From Eledone cirrhosa (Eukaryota), in NCBI GenBank assembly GCA_964016885.1, contig OZ024748.1, forward strand, positions 56,048,001 through 56,112,000: a stretch of DNA of 64,000 nucleotides, written 5' to 3'. Made by a program: the position numbers and the translations under genes. This document shows, in pieces, positions 54,181-64,000 of this stretch. The notes beneath the pieces were generated by a model. The model was not told where the DNA came from, searched no databases, and was given only the letters and a program-made list of their open reading frames with translations. Numbering within the stretch: the first letter of the stretch is position 1; every line of letters starts with the position of its first letter.

Positions 54181-54785
54181 ATTACTATCTTTACATGCTC
54201 CTTTGTTGACATACTAAAACTGTATGAAGAGTAACTTTGCACCGTCTACGATCCTTGCGAATCCAATTCACCTTCCAAATGGTTCCAAAGCGTGCAAATA
54301 TTCCTAGTGTTGTGGCTATCCTCCTGCAGTGGGATCTATGCTCAGGTAGACATATAATTCTTACTGACGATACAAGTGTGTCCAGTGATTACACCTCTAA
54401 GGAGGGAGCCCTTATTGTAACCTAACGCTAAACTAATTACGATAACATGGGTGAAGATCGTATCTGACGGCACAAACAATAGCGGAGGGCTGTAAAGGAA
54501 GCAGAAAATGTATAAGGACCTAAAGAGCGAGAGAGGAAAGAGCCCTGGCAAGATCTAACACGTTGTAACTGTGAAATGTATCGTGCAATGATTGCGATCT
54601 TGATTGTGATTGTATCAGTGAATTTTGTCTAAAGTCTTAGGAATAAGAAGCATTCGTGTAAAGTTAATCTGACACAAATACATTCTCTATTGAGATTGGT
54701 GACTGACTTTAAGTTTTATATATATACATACGTAGATACATATATACATGATGGCTACCAACACATTATCGAGTATGGCCATTGC

Positions 54786-54957
54786 TGGATTGGCAGTATC
54801 GGTGGAGGGTTGGACGCCATGCTTTTCAGCATAGTTACGTCCCTTTACGATCTGAGTTCAAATCCCGCCGAGGTTGACTTTGCCTTTCATCCTTACGGGG
54901 TCGATAAAATAAAGTAACAGTAATGCACTGGATAATTGCTGGCCTTGTGGCTAAAGT
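54786..54957 (+). mobile_element. tRNA-derived SINE copy
   Basis: A-box, B-box and core intact. Confidence 0.87.
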
Positions 54958-55397
54958 GAGGAAAGACTGTGCACTGAGCCTATCCCACTCTCTGAGCAAC
55001 AGTACCTATAACCCGAAAAGAAGAAAAGATCAACATCATCGGTAACTACTGAGCTGCTGGTTTTATATAGGAGTTATCGCAGTTTCATGAGTTGCCTTCT
55101 CCTAGAAGATTGCCCTGACAAAGACTAGGGGTCCTTCACTTCCAGTGGTTTAACCGCGCGATCCGTTGTCCAGCCCGACTTTTTCTATGTCCCGGCGCAT
55201 ATACATACACATGTACCCATGTATATACACATATACATATACATACATATGTACATGTGTATATACATATTTATACACTTGTGGATGACCGTTGACTCTT
55301 ATGAGTTCTTCAGCCCTTACATACAAACATATATATAGAGAGAGAGTAAGAAAGATGGGGAGAGGGGACAGACAAACGTACAAACACTCACACAGCG

Positions 55398-55433
<36 letters not shown>

Positions 55434-55623
55434 ATGTTTAACCCCGACGGCAGAGCTCAAGCCGTTTCGACGACTATTTCAGTCCAGAAATAGCCGTCGA
55501 AACGGCTTGAGCTCTGTCGTCGGAGGTTAAACATCTTCCTATTACCCACTCTACTACCCTACGTATTGAGTACTCTGGTCCATCTTTGTTTTGGTCCATC
55601 TGGTTCCTTACCTCATCTCTTCG

Positions 55624-55679
<56 letters not shown>

Positions 55680-56152
55680 AAGTATGTATGTATGTATACG
55701 TACATACATATATGTATACAGTCGTACAGTAGTATGTATATATATACACACATGCACACATATATATGCACGTATCGGTTTACCGAACATTTATTATAAT
55801 GCTTGGCTTGTTTGTTTGTAAACAAACAAACAGCCCGAATTACACCGTACAGTGTTTAGGCAACCACGTCACCTTTTTTTTTTTCAACACTGACACAATT
55901 CCATTTATATATATGATGATGAATTAAGAAAGCACTAATTAAAAGCGTTTCCATTTGAAATACGTTGTGTAGCATCTGTTGCTATGCCAATACTTATTTT
56001 ATACTTTGTGGTCGATAAATAAATTAGAGGTCCAATATTTTGGTAAAACTTCGAGTGCAAACTGATGACGCCAAGCTTAAAATAGTCGGAATCCTAATGA
56101 CCGACGACAGTATTAGAAGATGTGGAATCACACTCACGTACATACACACACA

Positions 56153-56222
<70 letters not shown>

Positions 56223-59200
56223 CGTGTGTAGGAGTGTGCAACCTATTGTATTACTGTCTGTATGTATTTATTTGTTAATTTTGTTGTTGTATGTAGGTGA
56301 ACAGACGGTTCGTGCAAACTAGATATGGAATTCTAAAAGTGTTAATTATATCTCATCAGCTACAACTACATTGCTTGTCACAGACATTGCCTATAGATCA
56401 TTTAACGCTAGATGCCGACAATCTACTCAACTATTTTATTTACTTACCAGTCTTTTCTCACTAAGCTATACTGATGCATACTAAGGCTTTAACGGACGTA
56501 AAATGATGATGACAATGATGATTATATACATATATCTGTTGGGTTTCGGAGAATTAATGGTTCCATAGTTTTTGCTGTTAAAGTCACAGACACTCTATTA
56601 CAAGATCCTATGTATTGACAGATCCTTTTTCCGTGATTCGAATCCACAGTCCAGTAACTATATATATAAACACATGTATACTAATTCACATACACACGCA
56701 CCGACACCCATTAACAAAATATAAGGAAATACATTGAATGAATAGCACACACAGGCAATCACACAGACATACACACTACAACCACCAACAAAATATACAC
56801 CAATCCAACACATATGCAACAAGAGACGCATGCATACAAACATATAAGCAACAGACACACACACTTCACCTCAACCTTAACTTCAAAGACAATCCTTTGA
56901 ATTCCTCAATTCTTTTAAATACTTTTGAATACTGTCTGCCACCCCTTTATCTTGACACGCTCTAGATTTCGTCCATGGCCTAACACGCACACCTACTATC
57001 CAGTCCTTCCCTACAAAAATATGTTTCTCGTCAATGAAACACACCTTTTTGTAACTCAACTTTTGGAGATTCCTACATCAGAAACTCAACTAGGGTCATA
57101 CATTTACACGCATAAACCCTAACATTTATTCACTAATGACCCATAGGGATACACACATACACAAACATACACTAATACATACACACAAACACATAAGATA
57201 CATATACAATTAGTCATACCAACAACATAATCATACAAACACACGTTAGTTTAAACACAGACTAAAAGATACACTCATAAAAAGCCACACACTAAAGTGA
57301 ACCAACATATTATCGCACATATTTGCAGAAAGAAACGGTATTCACTTATAATATTGAGTAGTTTATAGTTCGTTTAAAAACATTGTTTTTATATGTTTCT
57401 ACAAATGTTATATAATTGCGGAAACCATTTATAAGTACAATACTTTAAATGCGAATATATTTCAGTTATCGTTCACTAAGTCATATTCACTTATCTCTAG
57501 GACAAGTTTCACTTTACGTTTGACCTGTTACGTTTTGTATAGCTGAACAATTATGTAAAGCAAATCACTAAAGACAGATGAAACTTGTCGCCTGTTCCTG
57601 CGAGATTTTGTTCATTAACAAACTCTATGTGGTATATTGATGTGCTATGAATCGAAAATAAAATCTAAAAGGTTTCGTGTAGTTCCTGGCATCTAAGAAG
57701 GTGTATAACTTTATACAAAACATATATAGCTGTTAATTAGATAATGACAAAATCTGAAAAGTGTATGAATTCAACCAATGTTTAAATTTGTATATTAAAT
57801 CGCGGACATTTGCATATTAATCATCCCATTTATGCTGCGTATTTCTACGCTGTATATCCCAAACGACTTGTAGTAACTTTAACGATGTCACGTCCATCGG
57901 ATTACACATAATGTAATCTTTATTTTTTACTTATTTTTGTATCAACGACTTCCAACTGTTTGAATTAAAGGCGAGGATTCATCATTCTCGTGTAATATGT
58001 GGATGTAGCATGGCCAAATGTTTAAAACGTTTGATTCACAATTATTGAAGCGAGGGTTCAATCCCCCTGACATATTGACCCAGTTTTGTACCATAAACTC
58101 GGGTCGAATCATAATTGTTAGTGAAATTTTTATGAGGCAACATACTAGAAGTCCACCAATTTAATTCGTTTAAGGGTACACATAACTGGGGAAGGATCAG
58201 CCTCTAACAGTCTAATCTCATGAGCATTCGGTTCATTTGAGAGATCAGCCGGAAAATACATCATCGAAAGTTATGTAGTTCTATTCAATTCGGGGAGGTA
58301 CACTCTATGTTTTCTACTCTGAATATCAGAAGTGTTTACAAATGCGTTGTAGATGTCAATAAAGTAGGTTTGATTTTCCTTAATTCTGTCATATATAATG
58401 ATTCTTTTTGTATATTATTGTTTCTATTCTCACCTCAGGTCTATTTAAAAAGAAAAATGTATCAAATACATAAAATCGTAAATCATTTCCTATGTTTAAA
58501 ATCTGATTGTGGACAGAACAAACCCCCGTGTATAAGTTGTTAAGTATATATGTGCAAAAGTATATGAGTGTGGATATAAACAAAATAAATTTTCAATCGA
58601 GTAGAAATACGAAACTGTGTCTGGAGCCCACTAATAAATAGATCAGCCAAAACCAGAATAACTAAGGAGAGAGATTAGGCAGTTAGACGTTTTAAGATGA
58701 ATAGAGACTTAATTCACATTTTATAGCGTGTACACCACAGATCCCCTGCTTCCCTCTTGCGTCTTGAACAAGAATTAGTTTTCTGTCTTTATGCAACATA
58801 CTGAGGCTTTCATATCTGTAAAAACACTGTAACAGAAACAAAAAGATGAGAGATATGTTGTCTAAGGGAGAGTGTATAACTGGTACTAAATGATAGAATA
58901 TCTTGATATCTTGAAGAAACCGAATCTTATTTAAGCAGGAGAAATATTCCAGTGAAATATATAATTGATTCTGCATATTGAGTGTTTGTATAAAGGGAAA
59001 ACAAGTTCCATATTCATTCATTATTATTCAATGGATGATTTACGAGGAGCAGTTTCCTGTAGCTAAAATATCTTGAGAACGTTTAAACATTTTGATTTCA
59101 ATTGCCAGAAACGCTGTAGATTTTGACAAATTCTATGTCTTCAGGATCGTTTCACCAAGCAGCTGATACATACCAAAGTGAGATTGCCATGATACGTACA

Positions 59201-59526
59201 TTTCATTTGGCTGGCAAATAAAAACTGGTGATAAAAACTGATGTCACTTCCAGAAGTTCTAAACGAGGGTTACATTTATGAGGAAGGAAAACATCATTAA
59301 CAAAAACACATAGATATCAAAGAAGGATCTAATAATCTGTTAAATCCCTGTGTCCTTGCTCCTCACCCAATTTCAGGTAAAACTCCAAGAGAGTTTAACT
59401 GATATTCAGAGTAACATAACTACACTATCAATTCAGTCTATTTAAAGAAATATAACAATTTTTCCCTGCCAAATATATTTCACAAGTAAGCTCGTAAATT
59501 ATCACATACATCTTTGCCATTCTATG

Positions 59527-59580
<54 letters not shown>

Positions 59581-60859
59581 ATTAGTCGTAAGAGCACCGG
59601 GTATGTATCCCAGTTCTCTGGATCTCTGAGTTTTTTGTTCAATTCGTTCTGGTACCTGATGAAACACCATATTTGATTCCCTGCGATAGATACATATATA
59701 TATTTATAAATTCAATAGAACCAGCGTTACAGGAAGAGACGTATGTTCAACTAATGTTTGCCATAATTTCCATGATGTTATTGTCTTTAGTGTTACCTCT
59801 GAAATGTAGAACTATTGAACAATATATGCAATCGAATTCGCTTAGTGACCAGGGGGTAGAATTGCGACAAAATTGTTGACACATTATAATGGACAAAATC
59901 ATTAGCAAATATACGTTAAGTGGATATAACAAGTTGTGTACGTTCTTGTGTCTAAAATGGCTCTCGTCTTCAGTAATTGTTGGAGGTAAGATATAGTTTT
60001 AAATTAATGCCAATGAATTGGTTGATGAACGACATTTCAAATTTCATCTAAATCAGAAAACCATCAACTACAAAAAAAGGAAAATGATAATAAGAGTAAA
60101 TGACCGAACACTGTGACAGATAAAAATATAAAAGAAATAATGTTAGAGGGTCGAGAGAGATAAAGACATTTTGAAGGAGTGAGAGACAAAGAAATGCAGA
60201 GAAGCGAAATAAAATATAAAATGGCAAGTGAGGATCGAAACCCTTCTTTCCTGAAACTGACAAGCTAGAAACTAATCTAAAGTGACGTCACTTTTGATGG
60301 CCATAATGTAGTTTAGAGTTTGTGCACTTGACGTAGACTAAAACAAGCACACGCACATTCACACGCACATTTACACATATTCAAAGAGATATTCACATAG
60401 AAGACTATATAGATACGTACGCATGACTGCAGATGTCTATGATGTGTATATAATTACATAATATATATGCAAATCGTTTACATTTTGGTCGAATCACTGG
60501 GGAGTCCAAATATCTAGTTAGAAATTTCTAGATTGATTGGCTTAATAAATAGGTAATTATATATTTGGAGAATTGAGAAAAAGGACGGATTTTTTTCCTT
60601 TTTCCTTTCGTTTGTTTATGTATGTTGAGATTAAAGGATAGATCCACAGAAATAAAATTACATCACGTGTAGGATAAAAAGAATGAGTATGAAATAACAA
60701 AATAATATCATCACACATCTATCAGAAATAACAGTGCATTGTTAAGACTGGTGCTGTATATCAAATCTCATATCGCAATTGATAATAGAAAAGATAACGA
60801 ATATCTGTCTATGCAATAACGTATATGCATATACATATATACGCATACACACACACACC

Positions 60860-60987
<128 letters not shown>

Positions 60988-61039
60988 TAGATAGATAATT
61001 ATATATAAATATATATATATATATAGATAGATAGATAAT

Positions 61040-61091
<52 letters not shown>

Positions 61092-61407
61092 GGAAAGAAA
61101 ACATAGTATGCTCACACTGTGTATGTATGTATGTGTGTGAGTGTGTTTGTGCGTGAGTGTGTTTGTGTGTTACTGTGAGTGAGTTGAAAAACATAAGATC
61201 GTTTCAAGTGTTGCATATGAATGTTATTCATGAACTGTGAATGCATACATACATATTTATCTATCATTGCCTACTATCATTTCCTTCCTTTGGTTTTTTG
61301 TTCGAAACCTGTGTATATGGGTATCGAAAAATCTTGCCTACAATCCATATATCACTCTATTTGAACTACCTCCCTAACAAACTAACAATATATACACAGG
61401 CATACAT

Positions 61408-61480
<73 letters not shown>

Positions 61481-61579
61481 CATTATAGCTAGTTGTTTTC
61501 CGAATGGTCGGAAAATTGTAATCTATTGAAACATTAATATATATTTACAATCCCGAAGATATGCACATAAATTTATATG

Positions 61580-61611
<32 letters not shown>

Positions 61612-61683
61612 CTTATATATATATATATATATACATATATATAAATACTTATATATATATATTTATATATACATATATATATA

Positions 61684-61732
<49 letters not shown>

Positions 61733-61943
61733 ATATAAGTATTTATATATATATATACATATATATATATATACATATATATATATATGTTATATATATA
61801 TATATATAAATATATATTATATATATATATATGTATATATATATATAAATATATGTATATATATATATACATATATGTGTGTGTGTGTGTATATATATAT
61901 GTATATATATATAAATATATGTATATATATATATATACATATA

Positions 61944-62029
<86 letters not shown>

Positions 62030-62647
62030 GACAGATATATATATATATATATATATAGATATATTATATATATATATATATATCAATAAATATATGAATG
62101 TGTGAGGGGGTATGTGTGTGTGTGTATGTGTGGGTGTAGAAGCTTATATATGCAAAGACACACACAAGCATTCAGAAAATTATTTACATATATGCACTAT
62201 TTCGTTTGAAGCATAAGTCTGTTTATCATATCTATTGGATCAAGTTTTTGTAAATATTTTTCGGGTGTTAGACAGGGTGTCTTTTATAGTATTGCGCATC
62301 TTGATGGTCACATAATAGGGGTATTAAGGAGATAGTTAAAATATACAGACATAATGTTATTTTGCTGAATTTAAACTGGAAGGAAGACATAACCTAGACG
62401 AATATACGTTTATGGGAATATTGCATGAACGTCTGATTACATATATATATTAAGGGGCACACACACACAATCACACACGCACAAACAGACACACACACAG
62501 GCACACACACACATATATATATATGCACACCCATATGCACGCACCCACAAACACACCCAGACAGAGATACTCACAGCGACACACACAGGCACAAGCACAG
62601 ACACAGAAACACACACGCACACACACACACATATACATACACATACC

Positions 62648-62693
<46 letters not shown>

Positions 62694-63338
62694 TTTGCAC
62701 TTTTAGATATACATTTGAACTCTTATGATATATATTTTATACATATGTTTAATATATATATATATATATATATAAATGTTTGTGTTTGTGTAAGTATATG
62801 CGTGCATATATCACTATGGATTATTACCAAATATATCGCATTGTGTGTCTGCGTGTAAAATTTAAGTTAATACGTTTGTCAAATGTTTCTAATTTGTAAG
62901 CGTGTATATGTATTTAGTTCTTACAAAATACATATAAGTGATTTGAAATCTTCGCAGCATACTGTCCTTAAATTGTTTCTGCTTATGGCACCCTGCTTTT
63001 AGCAAACCCTCTGGCATTGTTGAAAATGAATGAGGAGCGTGTCACAGTTGCTACGCCATTATAAGCAACGTTTTCTTTACTTACACGCCATATATATTAA
63101 TTCTGATAATCATACTTTCTCAAACAAAGAAGAAAATAATATATATATATAAATGAACTTTCTATCTCTTTCAAATACATGGTTCGCATTCGTTTGAGCA
63201 AAGTTACTGCCTACTCTGTTAGAATTCGAATTCACGCCAAGAAGAAGTTGGGACACATTGTGTTGTACATAAATTACAAACAGAAACCTTCATAAACAAA
63301 CACCTGCTCAATAACACATATTACACACGCACACGCAC

Positions 63339-63372
<34 letters not shown>

Positions 63373-64000
63373 CGCACACACACACGCACACTTCTCTGTG
63401 AGCTCAACTCCCGTCGAGGTCAACTTTACCTTTCTATCTTTCGTGCTCGTTAAAAATGTACCAGCCTAGTAATGAGGGTATGTATTCCTCTATATTTCAT
63501 CCTTACATCCTCTCACTCATTCACTGAAAGAAATCTGGTTTGTTCAGACCTGGAGAAGGATGGGTTCCACCAGCTTTAAAATGGCAAAGAGACATCCTAT
63601 GCCCCTACAGTGACAATACGACTCATTCAGCTGTTACGGAACCATACCATACTATGTGTATATATATATATATAAATTAATAAATGTTTTGATATTTCAC
63701 TGAAAGAATCTCTTCAACATTTTCTACTGAAAATATATTTTTTCCTTTCTACTATTTGTTTATATATATATATGTGTGGGGAGTGTTGTGTGTGCGTGTG
63801 TTTAAGCGGTTAAGTAATCCACACATAGTTCAACATTTTGATGTAAATATTAACCAGTATCCAGAGAATTAGACTTACGAGTTATTACGTTACAATTCAT
63901 CTGATGAAATGCTGCACAGCTCCATTCTATAGCATCCAACTCCTAAATGTTAGGTGGACACCGAGGTTATGAAAGAAGAAATTTGTAGCAACTGGACCTC

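Noticed and set aside
54417-54674. Possible solo LTR (TGTAA..TGACA)
   Set aside because: No target-site duplication, no second copy, and no PBS or PPT.

Overview
AT-rich, microsatellite-saturated eukaryotic (animal) DNA. The repeat landscape suggests a cephalopod/octopus, but that is inference. I found no convincing host gene, and almost every ORF in the supplied track is a (TA)n/(CA)n/(TG)n artefact. The main feature is a young, 5'-truncated Penelope-like retroelement (PLE) on the minus strand. It has an intact RT + GIY-YIG frame at 8173-10071 and a ~3.8 kb microsatellite-rich 3' region. About 2.4 kb of that region is duplicated in inverted orientation (4483-6887 vs 10072-12464). Each arm carries a type I hammerhead ribozyme (HHR) motif with an unusually long (~116 nt) stem II. 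Reading both strands gives 13 HHR motifs with intact cores and several decayed ones. They belong to several families of short PLE-derived inserts that sit in (TA)n tracts, usually as fold-back (palindromic) insertions. Also present: a non-autonomous Helitron-like element, many tRNA-derived SINE copies, an R4/Dong-like LINE remnant, a Tc1/mariner-like MITE and several minisatellites. Coordinates were counted by hand and repeat boundaries are approximate.
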